The translations under genes were made by a program, and so were the position numbers. The notes below the pieces were generated by a model that worked only from the letters and a program-made list of their open reading frames with translations, did not search any database and was not told the origin of the DNA. Below, in pieces: positions 38,345 to 51,900 of a stretch of DNA of 64,000 bases (positions are counted from its first letter, which is position 1; every line of letters begins with the position of its first letter). The stretch comes from Antedon mediterranea (lineage: Eukaryota > Animalia > Echinodermata), in NCBI RefSeq assembly GCF_964355755.1, contig NC_092679.1, positions 9,330,201 through 9,394,200 on the forward strand, written 5' to 3'.

Positions 38345-41300
38345 AAATCACAAAATTGTCTAAAACGTCTCCAAATGCGATTTGAAGCTATTCTGTACAC
38401 TTTGATGTTTTTATGTTAACAAGTTTTTCGAAAATCACAAAATGGTCTAAAACGTCTCCAAATGCGATTTGAAGCTATTCTGTAAACTTTGATGTTTTTA
38501 TGTTAACAAGTTTTTCGAAAATCACAAAATGGTCTAAAACGTCTCTAAATGCGATTTGAAGCTTTTCTGTACACTTTGATGTTTTTATGTTAACAACTTT
38601 TTTCGAAAATCACAAAATGGTCTAAAATGTCTCCAAATGCGATTTGAAGCTATTCTAAGCACTTTGATGTTTTTATGTTACCAAGTTTTTTCGAAAATCA
38701 CAAAATGGTCTAAAACGTCTCCAATAGCGATTTTAAGCTATTCTGTACACTTTGATGTTTTTATGTTTAACAAGTTTTTCGAAAATCACAAAATGGTCTA
38801 AAACGTCTCCAAATGCGATTTTAAGCTATTCTAAGCACTTTGGTGTTTTTATGTTAACAAGTTTTTTTGAAAATCACAAAATGGTCTAAAACGTCTCTAA
38901 ATGCGATTTGAAGCTTTTCTGTACACTTTGATGTTTTTATGTTAACAACTTTTTTCGAAAATCACAAAATGGTCTAAAATGTCTCCAAATGCGATTTGAA
39001 GCTATTCTAAGCACTTTGGTGTTTTTATGGAAACAATTTTTTTCGAAAATCACAAAATGGTCTAAAACGTCTCCAATAGCGATTTGAAGCTTTTCTGTAC
39101 ACTTTGGTGTTTTTATGTTAACAAGTTTTTTCGAAAATCACAAAATGGTCTAAAACGTCTCCAAATGCGATTTGAAGCTAATCTGTACACTTTGATGTTT
39201 TTATGTTAACAAGTTTTTTCGAAAATCACAAAATGGTCTAAAACGTTTCCAAATGCGATTTGAAGCTTTTCTTTACACTTTGGTGTTTTTATGTTAACAA
39301 GTTTTTTCGAAAATCACAAAATGGTCTAAAACGTCTCCAAATGCGATTTGAAGCTATTCTGTACACTTTGATGTTTTTATGTTAACAAGTTTTTTCGAAG
39401 ATCACAAAATGGTCTAAAACGTCTACAAATGCAATTTGAAGCTATTCTAAGCACTTTTGTGTTTTTATGTTAACAAGTTTTTTCGAAAATCACAAAATGG
39501 TCTAAAACGTCTGCAAATGCGATTTTAAACTATTCTTAGCACATGGGTGTTTTTATTTAAACAAATTTTTTCGAAACTCACAAAATGGTCTAAAACGTCT
39601 CCAAATGCGATTTGAAGCTATTTTAAGCACTTTGGTGTTTTTGTGTTAACAAGTTTTTCGAAATGCTCAAAATGGTCTAAAACGTTTTTAAACACGATAT
39701 TAAGCTATTTTGTGCTCTTTGGTGTTTTTTTGTGAAAAGTTTTAGCAAAATGCTCAAAATGGTCTAAAACGATTTCTAATGTGATTTTAAGCACTTTGAT
39801 GTTTTTATGTTAACTAGTTTTTTCGAAAATCACAAAATGGTCTAAAACGTCTCCAAATGCGATTTGAAGCTATTTTAAGCACTTAAGTGCTTTTGTGTAA
39901 CCAAGTTTTTTTGAAAATCACAAAAGGGTCTAAAATGTCTCCAAATGTGATTTGAAGCTATTTTAAGCACTTTGGTGTTTTTGTGTTAACAAGTTTTTCG
40001 GAAATCACCAAATTGTCTAAAACGTCTCCAAATGCGATTTGAAGCTATTCTGTACACTTTGATGTTTTTATGTTAACAAGTTTTTTAGAAAATCACAAAA
40101 TGGTCTAAAACATCTCCAAATGCGATTTAAAGCTATTTTAAGCACTTTGGTGTTTTTATGTTAACAAGTTTTTTCGAAAATCACAAAATGGTCTAAAACG
40201 TCTCCAAATGCGATTTGAAGCTATTTTAAGCACTTTGGTGTTTTTGTGTTAACAAGTTTTTCGAAATGCTCAAAATGGTCTAAAACGTTTCCAAATGCGA
40301 TTTGAAGCTATTCTGTACACTTTGATGTTTTGTGTGAAAATTTTCTGTCGAAATGCTCAAAATGGTCAAAAACGTTTTTAAATACGATATTAAGCTACTT
40401 TGTGCTCTTTGATGTTTTTGTGTGAAATGTTTTATCGAAATGCTCAAAATGGTCTAAAACGGTTTCTAATGTGATTTCAAGCACTTTGATGTTTTTGTGT
40501 AACCAAGTTTTTCGAAAATCACAAAATTGTCTAAAACGTCTCCAAATGCGATTTGAAGCTATTCTGTACTCTTTGATGTTTTTATGTTAACAAGTTTTTC
40601 GAAAATCACAAAATGGTCTAAAACGTCTCCAAATGCGATTTTAAGCTATTCTAAGCACTTTGGTGTTTTTATGTTAACAAGTTTTTTTGAAATCACAAAA
40701 TGGTCTAAAACGTCTCTAAATGAGATTTGAAGCTTTTCTGTACATTTTGATGTTTTTATGTTAACAAGTTTTTTCGAAAATCACAAAATGGTCTAAAATG
40801 TCTCCAAATGCGATTTGAAGCTATTCTAAGCACTTTGGTGTTTTTATGGAAACAATTTTTTTCGAAAATCACAAAATTGTCTAAAACGTCTCCAAATGCG
40901 ATTTGAAGCTATTCTGTACACTTTGATGTTTTTATGTTAACAAGTTTTTCGAAAATCACAAAATGGTCTAAAACGTCTCCAAATGCGATTTGAAGCTATT
41001 CTGTAAACTTTGATGTTTTTATGTTAACAAGTTTTTCGAAAATCACAAAATGGTCTAAAACGTCTCTAAATGCGATTTGAAGCTTTTCTGTACACTTTGA
41101 TGTTTTTATGTTAACAACTTTTTTCGAAAATCACAAAATGGTCTAAAATGTCTCCAAATGCGATTTGAAGCTATTCTAAGCACTTTGATGTTTTTATGTT
41201 ACCAAGTTTTTTCGAAAATCACAAAATGGTCTAAAACGTCTCCAATAGCGATTTTAAGCTATTCTGTACACTTTGATGTTTTTATGTTAACAAGTTTTTC

Positions 41301-43390
41301 GAAAATCACAAAATGGTCTAAAACGTCTCCAAATGCGATTTTAAGCTATTCTAAGCACTTTGGTGTTTTTATGTTAACAAGTTTTTTTGAAAATCACAAA
41401 ATGGTCTAAAACGTCTCTAAATGCGATTTGAAGCTTTTCTGTACACTTTGATGTTTTTATGTTAACAACTTTTTTCGAAAATCACAAAATGGTCTAAAAT
41501 GTCTCCAAATGCGATTTGAAGCTATTCTAAGCACTTTGGTGTTTTTATGGAAACAATTTTTTTCGAAAATCACAAAATGGTCTAAAACGTCTCCAATAGC
41601 GATTTGAAGCTTTTCTGTACACTTTGGTGTTTTTATGTTAACAAGTTTTTTCGAAAATCACAAAATGGTCTAAAACGTCTCCAAATGCGATTTGAAGCTA
41701 ATCTGTACACTTTGATGTTTTTATGTTAACAAGTTTTTTCGAAAATCACAAAATGGTCTAAAACGTTTCCAAATGCGATTTGAAGCTTTTCTTTACACTT
41801 TGGTGTTTTTATGTTAACAAGTTTTTTCGAAAATCACAAAATGGTCTAAAACGTCTCCAAATGCGATTTGAAGCTATTCTGTACACTTTGATGTTTTTAT
41901 GTTAACAAGTTTTTTCGAAGATCACAAAATGGTCTAAAACGTCTACAAATGCAATTTGAAGCTATTCTAAGCACTTTTGTGTTTTTATGTTAACAAGTTT
42001 TTTCGAAAATCACAAAATGGTCTAAAACGTCTGCAAATGCGATTTTAAACTATTCTTAGCACATGGGTGTTTTTATTTAAACAAATTTTTTCGAAACTCA
42101 CAAAATGGTCTAAAACGTCTCCAAATGCGATTTGAAGCTATTTTAAGCACTTTGGTGTTTTTGTGTTAACAAGTTTTTCGAAATGCTCAAAATGGTCTAA
42201 AACGTTTTTAAACACGATATTAAGCTATTTTGTGCTCTTTGGTGTTTTTTTGTGAAAAGTTTTAGCAAAATGCTCAAAATGGTCTAAAACGATTTCTAAT
42301 GTGATTTTAAGCACTTTGATGTTTTTATGTTAACTAGTTTTTTCGAAAATCACAAAATGGTCTAAAACGTCTCCAAATGCGATTTGAAGCTATTTTAAGC
42401 ACTTAAGTGCTTTTGTGTAACCAAGTTATTTTGAAAATCACAAAAGGGTCTAAAATGTCTCCAAATGTGATTTGAAGCTATTTTAAGCACTTTGGTGTTT
42501 TTGTGTTAACAAGTTTTTCGGAAATCACCAAATTGTCTAAAACGTCTCCAAATGCGATTTGAAGCTATTCTGTACACTTTGATGTTTTTATGTTAACAAG
42601 TTTTTTAGAAAATCACAAAATGGTCTAAAACATCTCCAAATGCGATTTAAAGCTATTTTAAGCACTTTGGTGTTTTTATGTTAACAAGTTTTTTCGAAAA
42701 TCACAAAATGGTCTAAAACGTCTCCAAATGCGATTTGAAGCTATTTTAAGCACTTTGGTGTTTTTGTGTTAACAAGTTTTTCGAAATGCTCAAAATGGTC
42801 TAAAACGTTTCCAAATGCGATTTGAAGCTATTCTGTACACTTTGATGTTTTGTGTGAAAATTTTCTGTCGAAATGCTCAAAATGGTCAAAAACGTTTTTA
42901 AATACGATATTAAGCTACTTTGTGCTCTTTGATGTTTTTGTGTGAAATGTTTTATCGAAATGCTCAAAATGGTCTAAAACGGTTTCTAATGTGATTTCAA
43001 GCACTTTGATGTTTTTGTGTAACCAAGTTTTTCGAAAATCACAAAATTGTCTAAAACGTCTCTAAATGCGATTTGAAGCTATTCTGTACTCTTTGATGTT
43101 TTTATGTTAACAAGTTTTTCGAAAATCACAAAATGGTCTAAAACGTCTCCAAATGCGATTTTAAGCTATTCTAAGCACTTTGGTGTTTTTATGTTAACAA
43201 GTTTTTTTGAAATCACAAAATGGTCTAAAACGTCTCTAAATGAGATTTGAAGCTTTTCTGTACATTTTGATGTTTTTATGTTAACAAGTTTTTTCGAAAA
43301 TCACAAAATGGTCTAAAATGTCTCCAAATGCGATTTGAAGCTATTCTAAGCACTTTGGTGTTTTTATGGAAACAATTTTTTTCGAAAATC
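38345..43390. repeat. About 29-monomer (2520-2521 bp) tandem duplication
   Basis: Lines 39001/41521 and 39661/42181 are identical in phase. Shared CTGTAAACTT, ACATGGGTG and ATCACCAAAT variants. A 1-bp T insertion at ~38767 is in the first copy only. Confidence 0.92.
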
Positions 43391-46300
43391 ACAAAATGGT
43401 CTAAAACGTCTCCAAATGTGATTTGAAGCTATTCTGTACACTTTGATGTTTTTATGTTAGCAAGTTTTTTCGAAAATCACAAAATGGTCTAAAACGTCTA
43501 CAAATGCGATTTGAAGCTAATCTGTACACTTTGATGTTTTTATGTTAACAAGTTTTTTCGAAAATCACAAAAGGGTCTAAAATGTCTGTAAATGCTATTT
43601 GAAGCTATTTAAAGCACTTTGGTGTTTTTAGGTTAACAAGTTTTTTCGAAAATCACAAAAGGGTCTAAAATGTCTGTAAATGCGATTTGAAGCTATTTAA
43701 AGCACTTTGGTGTTTTTAGGTTAACAAGTTTTTTCGAAAATCACAAAATGGTCTAAAACGTCTACAAATGCGATTTGAAGCTATTCTAAGCACTTTTGTG
43801 TTTTTATGTTAACAAGTTTTTTCGAAAATCACAAAATGGTCTAAAATGTCTCCAAATGCGATTTGAAGCTATTCTAAGCACTTTGGTGTTTTTATGGAAA
43901 CAATTTTTTTCGAAAATCACAAAATGGTCTAAAACGTCTCCAAATGTGATTTGAAGCTATTCTGTACACTTTGATGTTTTTATGTTAGCAAGTTTTTTCG
44001 AAAATAACAAAATGGTCTAAAACGTCTACAAATGCGATTTGAAGCTAATCTGTACACTTTGATGTTTTTATGTTAACAAGTTTTTTCGAAAATCACAAAA
44101 GGGTCTAAAATGTCTGTAAATGCGATTTGAAGCTATTTAAAGCACTTTGGTGTTTTTAGATTAACAAGTTTTTTCGAAAATCACAAAATGGTCTAAAACG
44201 TCTACAAATGCGATTTGAAGCTATTCTAAGCACTTTTGTGTTTTTATGTTAACAAGTTTTTTCGAAAATCACAAAATGGTCTAAAACGTCTCCAAATGCG
44301 ATTTGAAGCTATTTTAAGCACTTTGGTGTTTTTGTGTTAACAAGTTTTTCGAAAATCACAAAATGGTCTAAAACGTTTCCAAATGCGATTTGAAGCTATT
44401 CTGTACACTTTGATGTTTTGTGTGAAAATTTTCTTTCGAAATGCTCAAAATGGTCAAAAACGTTTTTAAATACGATATTAAGCTACTTTGTGCTCTTTGA
44501 TGTTTTTGTGTGAAATGTTTTATCGAAATGCTCAAAATGGTCTAAAACGGTTTCTAATGTGATTTCAAGCACTTTGATGTTTTTGTGTAACCAAGTTTTT
44601 CGAAAATCACAAAATTGTCTAAAACGTCTCCAAATGCGATTTGAAGCTATTCTGTACACTTTGATGTTTTTATGTTAACAAGTTTTTCGAAAATCACAAA
44701 ATGGTCTAAAACGTCTCCAAATGCGATTTGAAGCTATTCTGTACACTTTGATGTTTTTATGTTAACAAGTTTTTCGAAAATCACAAAATGGTCTAAAACG
44801 TCTCTAAATGCGATTTGAAGCTTTTCTGTACACTTTAATGTTTTTATGTTAACTTTTTTCGAAAATCACAAAATGGTCTAAATTTTCTCCAAATGCGATT
44901 TGAAGCTATTCTAAGCACTTTGATGTTTTTATGTTAACAAGTTTTTTCGAAAATCACAAAATGGTCTAAAACGTCTCCAATAGCGATTTTAAGCTATTCT
45001 GTACACTTTGATGTTTTTATGTTAACAAGTTTTTCGAAAATCACAAAATGGTCTAAAACGTCTCCAAATGCGATTTTAAGCTATTCTAAGCACTTTGGTG
45101 TTTTTATGTTAACAAGTTTTTTTGAAAATCACAAAATGGTCTAAAACGTCTCTAAATGCGATTTGAAGCTTTTCTGTACACTTTGATGTTTTTATGTTAA
45201 CAACTTTTTTCGAAAATCACAAAATGGTCTAAAATGTCTCCAAATGCGATTTGAAGCTATTCTAAGCACTTTGGTGTTTTTATGGAAACAATTTTTTTCG
45301 AAAATCACAAAATGGTCTAAAACGTCTCCAATAGCGATTTGAAGCTTTTCTGTACACTTTGGTGTTTTTATGTTAACAAGTTTTTTCGAAAATCACAAAA
45401 TGGTCTAAAACGTCTCCAAATGCGATTTGAAGCTAATCTGTACACTTTGATGTTTTTATGTTAATAAGTTTTTTCGAAAATCACAAAATGGTCTAAAACG
45501 TTTCAAAATGCGATTTGAAGCTTTTCTTTACACTTTGGTGTTTTTATGTTAACAAGTTTTTTCGAAAATCACAAAATGGTCTAAAACGTCTCCAAATGCG
45601 ATTTGAAGCTATTCTGTACACTTTGATGTTTTTATGTTAACAAGTTTTTTCGAAGATCACAAAATGGTCTAAAACGTCTACAAATGCAATTTGAAGCTAT
45701 TCTAAACACTTTTGTGTTTTTATGTTAACAAGTTTTTTTCGAAAATCACAAAATGGTCTAAAACGTCTGCAAATGCGATTTTAAACTATTCTTAGCACAT
45801 TGGTGTTTTTATTTAAACAAATTTTTTCGAAACTCACAAAATGGTCTAAAACGTCTCCAAATGCGATTTGAAGCTATTTTAAGCACTTTGGTGTTTTTGT
45901 GTTAACAAGTTTTTCGAAATGCTCAAAATGGTCTAAAACGTTTTTAAACACGATATTAAGCTATTTTGTGCTCTTTGATGTTTTTTTGTGAAAAGTTTTA
46001 GCAAAATGCTCAAAATGGTCTAAAACGATTTCTAATGTGATTTTAAGCACTTTGATGTTTTTATGTTAACTAGTTTTTTCGAAAATCACCAAATGGTCTA
46101 AAACGTCTCCAAATGCGATTTGAAGCTATTTTAAGCACTTAGGTGCTTTTGTGTAACCAAGTTTTTTTGAAAATCACAAAAGGGTCTAAAATGTCTCCAA
46201 ATGTGATTTGAAGCTATTTTAAGCACTTTGGTGTTTTTGTGTTAACAAGTTTTTCGGAAATCACAAAATTGTCTAAAACGTCTCCAAATGCGATTTGAAG

Positions 46301-48949
46301 CTATTCTGTACACTTTGATGTTTTTATGTTAACAAGTTTTTTAGAAAATCACAAAATGGTCTAAAACATCTCCAAATGCGATTTAAAGCTATTTTAAGCA
46401 CTTTGGTGTTTTTATGTTAACAAGTTTTTTCGAAAATCACAAAATGGTCTAAAACGTCTCCAAATGCGATTTGAAGCTATTTTAAGCACTTTGGTGTTTT
46501 TGTGTTAACAAGTTTTTCGAAATGCTCAAAATGGTCTAAAACGTTTCCAAATGCGATTTGAAGCTATTCGGTACACTTTGATGTTTTGTGTGAAAATTTT
46601 CTGTCGAAATGCTCAAAATGGTCAAAAACGTTTTTAAATACGATATTAAGCTACTTTGTGCTCTTTGATGTTTTTGTGTGAAATGTTTTATCGAAATGCT
46701 CAAAATGGTCTAAAACGGTTTCTAATGTGATTTCAAGCACTTTGATGTTTTTGTGTAACCAAGTTTTTCGAAAATCACAAAATTGTCTAAAACGTCTCCA
46801 AATGCGATTTGAAGCTATTCTGTACTCTTTGATTTTTTTATTTTAACAAGTTTTTCGAAAATCACAAAATGGTCTAAAACGTCTCCAAATGCGATTTTAA
46901 GCTATTCTAAGCACTTTGGTGTTTTTATGTTAACAAGTTTTTTTGAAAATCACAAAATGGTCTAAAACGTCTCTAAATGAGATTTGAAGCTTTTCTGTAC
47001 ACTTTGATGTTTTTATGTTAACAAGTTTTTTCGAAAATCACAAAATGGTCTAAAATGTCTCCAAATGCGATTTGAAGCTATTCTAAGCACTTTGGTGTTT
47101 TTATGGAAACAATTTTTTTCGAAAATCACAAAATGGTCTAAAACGTCTCCAAATGTGATTTGAAGCTATTCTGTACACTTTGATGTTTTTATGTTAACAA
47201 GTTTTTTCGAAAATCACAAAATGGTCTAAAACGTCTACAAATGCGATTTGAAGCTATACTGTACACTTTGATGCTTTTATGTTAACAAGTTTTTTCGAAA
47301 ATCACAAAATGGTCTAAAACGTTTCCAAATGCGATTTGAAGCTATTCTGTACACTTTGATGTTTTGTGTGAAAATTTTCTGTCGAAATGCTCAAAATGGT
47401 CAAAAACGTTTTTAAATACGATATTAAGCTACTTTGTGCTCTTTGATGTTTTTGTGTGAAATGTTTTATCGAAATGCTCAAAATGGTCTAAAACGGTTTC
47501 TAATGTGATTTCAAGCACTTTGATGTTTTTGTGTAACCAAGTTTTTCGAAAATCACAAAATGGTCTAAAACGTCTCCAAATGCGATTTGAAGCTATTCTG
47601 TACACTTTGATGTTTTTATGTTAACAAGTTTTTCGAAAATCACAAAATGGTCTAAAACGTCTCCAAATGCGATTTGAAGCTATTCTGTACACTTTGATGT
47701 TTTTATGTTAACAAGTTTTTCGAAAATCACAAAATGGTCTAAAACGTCTCTAAATGCGATTTGAAGCTTTTCTGTACACTTTGATGTTTTTATGTTAACA
47801 ACTTTTTTCGAAAATCACAAAATGGTCTAAAATGTCTCCAAATGCGATTTGAAGCTATTCTAAGCACTTTGGTGTTTTTATGTTAACAAGTTTTTTCGAA
47901 AATCACAAAATGGTCTAAAACGTCTCCAAATGCGATTTGAAGCTATTCTGTACACTTTGATGTTTTTATGTTAACAAGTTTTTTCGAAAATCACAAAATG
48001 GTCTAAAACGTTTCCAAATGCGATTTGAAGCTATTCTGTACACTTTGATGTTTTGTGTGAAAATTTTCTTTCGAAATGCTCAAAATGGTCAAAAACGTTT
48101 TTAAATACGATATTAAGCTACTTTGTGCTCTTTGATGTTTTTGTGTGAAATGTTTTATCGAAATGCTCAAAATGGTCTAAAACGGTTTCTAATGTGATTT
48201 CAAGCACTTTGATGTTTTTGTGTAACCAAGTTTTTCGAAAATCACAAAATTGTCTAAAACGTCTCCAAATGCGATTTGAAGCTATTCTGTACACTTTGAT
48301 GTTTTTATGTTAACAAGTTTTTCGAAAATCACAAAATGGTCTAAAACGTCTCCAAATGCGATTTTAAGCTATTCTAAGCACTTTGGTGTTTTTATGTTAA
48401 CAAGTTTTTTTGAAAATCACAAAATGGTCTAAAACGTCTCTAAATGCGATTTGAAGCTATTCTGTACACTTTGATGTTTTTATGTTAACAAGTTTTTTCG
48501 AAAATCACAAAATGGTCTAAAACGTCTACAAATGCGATTTGAAGCTATTCTAAGCACTTTGGTGTTTTTATGGAAACAATTTTTTTCGAAAATCACAAAA
48601 TGGTCTAAAACGTTTCCAAATGCGATTTGAAGCTATTCTGTACACTTTGATGTTTTGTGTGAAAATTTTCTGTCGAAATGCTCAAAATGGTCAAAAACGT
48701 TTTTAAATACGATATTAAGCTACTTTGTGCTCTTTGATGTTTTTGTGTGAAATGTTTTATCGAAATGCTCAAAATGGTCTAAAACGGTTTCTAATGTGAT
48801 TTCAAGCACTTTGATGTTTTTGTGTAACCAAGTTTTTTGAAAATCACAAAATTGTCTAAAACGTCTCCAAATGCGATTTGAAGCTATTCTGTACACTTTG
48901 ATGTTTTTATGTTAACAAGTTTTTCGAAAATCACAAAATGGTCTAAAAC

Positions 48950-51900
48950 GTCTCCAAATGCGATTTGAAGCTATTCTGTAAACTTTGATGTTTTTATGTT
49001 AACAAGTTTTTCGAAAATCACAAAATGGTCTAAAACGTCTCTAAATGCGATTTGAAGCTTTTCTGTACACTTTGATGTTTTTATGTTAACAACTTTTTTC
49101 GAAAATCACAAAATGGTCTAAAATGTCTCCAAATGCGATTTGAAGCTATTCTAAGCACTTTGATGTTTTTATGTTACCAAGTTTTTTCGAAAATCACAAA
49201 ATGGTCTAAAACGTCTCCAATAGCGATTTTAAGCTATTCTGTACACTTTGATGTTTTTATGTTAACAAGTTTTTCGAAAATCACAAAATGGTCTAAAACG
49301 TCTCCAAATGCGATTTTAAGCTATTCTAAGCACTTTGGTGTTTTTATGTTAACAAGTTTTTTTGAAAATCACAAAATGGTCTAAAACGTCTCTAAATGCG
49401 ATTTGAAGCTTTTCTGTACACTTTGATGTTTTTATGTTAACAACTTTTTTCGAAAATCACAAAATGGTCTAAAATGTCTCCAAATGCGATTTGAAGCTAT
49501 TCTAAGCACTTTGGTGTTTTTATGGAAACAATTTTTTTCGAAAATCACAAAATGGTCTAAAACGTCTCCAATAGCGATTTGAAGCTTTTCTGTACACTTT
49601 GGTGTTTTTATGTTAACAAGTTTTTTCGAAAATCACAAAATGGTCTAAAACGTCTCCAAATGCGATTTGAAGCTAATCTGTACACTTTGATGTTTTTATG
49701 TTAACAAGTTTTTTCGAAAATCACAAAATGGTCTAAAACGTTTCCAAATGCGATTTGAAGCTTTTCTTTACACTTTGGTGTTTTTATGTTAACAAGTTTT
49801 TTCGAAAATCACAAAATGGTCTAAAACGTCTCCAAATGCGATTTGAAGCTATTCTGTACACTTTGATGTTTTTATGTTAACAAGTTTTTTCGAAGATCAC
49901 AAAATGGTCTAAAACGTCTACAAATGCAATTTGAAGCTATTCTAAGCACTTTTGTGTTTTTATGTTAACAAGTTTTTTCGAAAATCACAAAATGGTCTAA
50001 AACGTCTGCAAATGCGATTTTAAACTATTCTTAGCACATGGGTGTTTTTATTTAAACAAATTTTTTCGAAACTCACAAAATGGTCTAAAACGTCTCCAAA
50101 TGCGATTTGAAGCTATTTTAAGCACTTTGGTGTTTTTGTGTTAACAAGTTTTTCGAAATGCTCAAAATGGTCTAAAACGTTTTTAAACACGATATTAAGC
50201 TATTTTGTGCTCTTTGGTGTTTTTTTGTGAAAAGTTTTAGCAAAATGCTCAAAATGGTCTAAAACGATTTCTAATGTGATTTTAAGCACTTTGATGTTTT
50301 TATGTTAACTAGTTTTTTCGAAAATCACAAAATGGTCTAAAACGTCTCCAAATGCGATTTGAAGCTATTTTAAGCACTTAAGTGCTTTTGTGTAACCAAG
50401 TTTTTTTGAAAATCACAAAAGGGTCTAAAATGTCTCCAAATGTGATTTGAAGCTATTTTAAGCACTTTGGTGTTTTTGTGTTAACAAGTTTTTCGGAAAT
50501 CACCAAATTGTCTAAAACGTCTCCAAATGCGATTTGAAGCTATTCTGTACACTTTGATGTTTTTATGTTAACAAGTTTTTTAGAAAATCACAAAATGGTC
50601 TAAAACATCTCCAAATGCGATTTAAAGCTATTTTAAGCACTTTGGTGTTTTTATGTTAACAAGTTTTTTCGAAAATCACAAAATGGTCTAAAACGTCTCC
50701 AAATGCGATTTGAAGCTATTTTAAGCACTTTGGTGTTTTTGTGTTAACAAGTTTTTCGAAATGCTCAAAATGGTCTAAAACGTTTCCAAATGCGATTTGA
50801 AGCTATTCTGTACACTTTGATGTTTTGTGTGAAAATTTTCTGTCGAAATGCTCAAAATGGTCAAAAACGTTTTTAAATACGATATTAAGCTACTTTGTGC
50901 TCTTTGATGTTTTTGTGTGAAATGTTTTATCGAAATGCTCAAAATGGTCTAAAACGGTTTCTAATGTGATTTCAAGCACTTTGATGTTTTTGTGTAACCA
51001 AGTTTTTCGAAAATCACAAAATTGTCTAAAACGTCTCCAAATGCGATTTGAAGCTATTCTGTACTCTTTGATGTTTTTATGTTAACAAGTTTTTCGAAAA
51101 TCACAAAATGGTCTAAAACGTCTCCAAATGCGATTTTAAGCTATTCTAAGCACTTTGGTGTTTTTATGTTAACAAGTTTTTTTGAAATCACAAAATGGTC
51201 TAAAACGTCTCTAAATGAGATTTGAAGCTTTTCTGTACATTTTGATGTTTTTATGTTAACAAGTTTTTTCGAAAATCACAAAATGGTCTAAAATGTCTCC
51301 AAATGCGATTTGAAGCTATTCTAAGCACTTTGGTGTTTTTATGGAAACAATTTTTTTCGAAAATCACAAAATGGTCTAAAACGTCTCCAAATGTGATTTG
51401 AAGCTATTCTGTACACTTTGATGTTTTTATGTTAGCAAGTTTTTTCGAAAATCACAAAATGGTCTAAAACGTCTACAAATGCGATTTGAAGCTAATCTGT
51501 ACACTTTGATGTTTTTATGTTAACAAGTTTTTTCGAAAATCACAAAAGGGTCTAAAATGTCTGTAAATGCTATTTGAAGCTATTTAAAGCACTTTGGTGT
51601 TTTTAGGTTAACAAGTTTTTTCGAAAATCACAAAAGGGTCTAAAATGTCTGTAAATGCGATTTGAAGCTATTTAAAGCACTTTTGTGTTTTTATGTTAAC
51701 AAGTTTTTTCGAAAATCACAAAATGGTCTAAAACGTCTCCAAATGCGATTTGAAGCTATTTTAAGCACTTTGGTGTTTTTGTGTTAATAAGTTTTTCGAA
51801 AATCACAAAATGGTCTAAAACGTTTCCAAATGCGATTTGAAGCTATTCTGTACACTTTGATGTTTTGTGTGAAAATTTTCTTTCGAAATGCTCAAAATGG

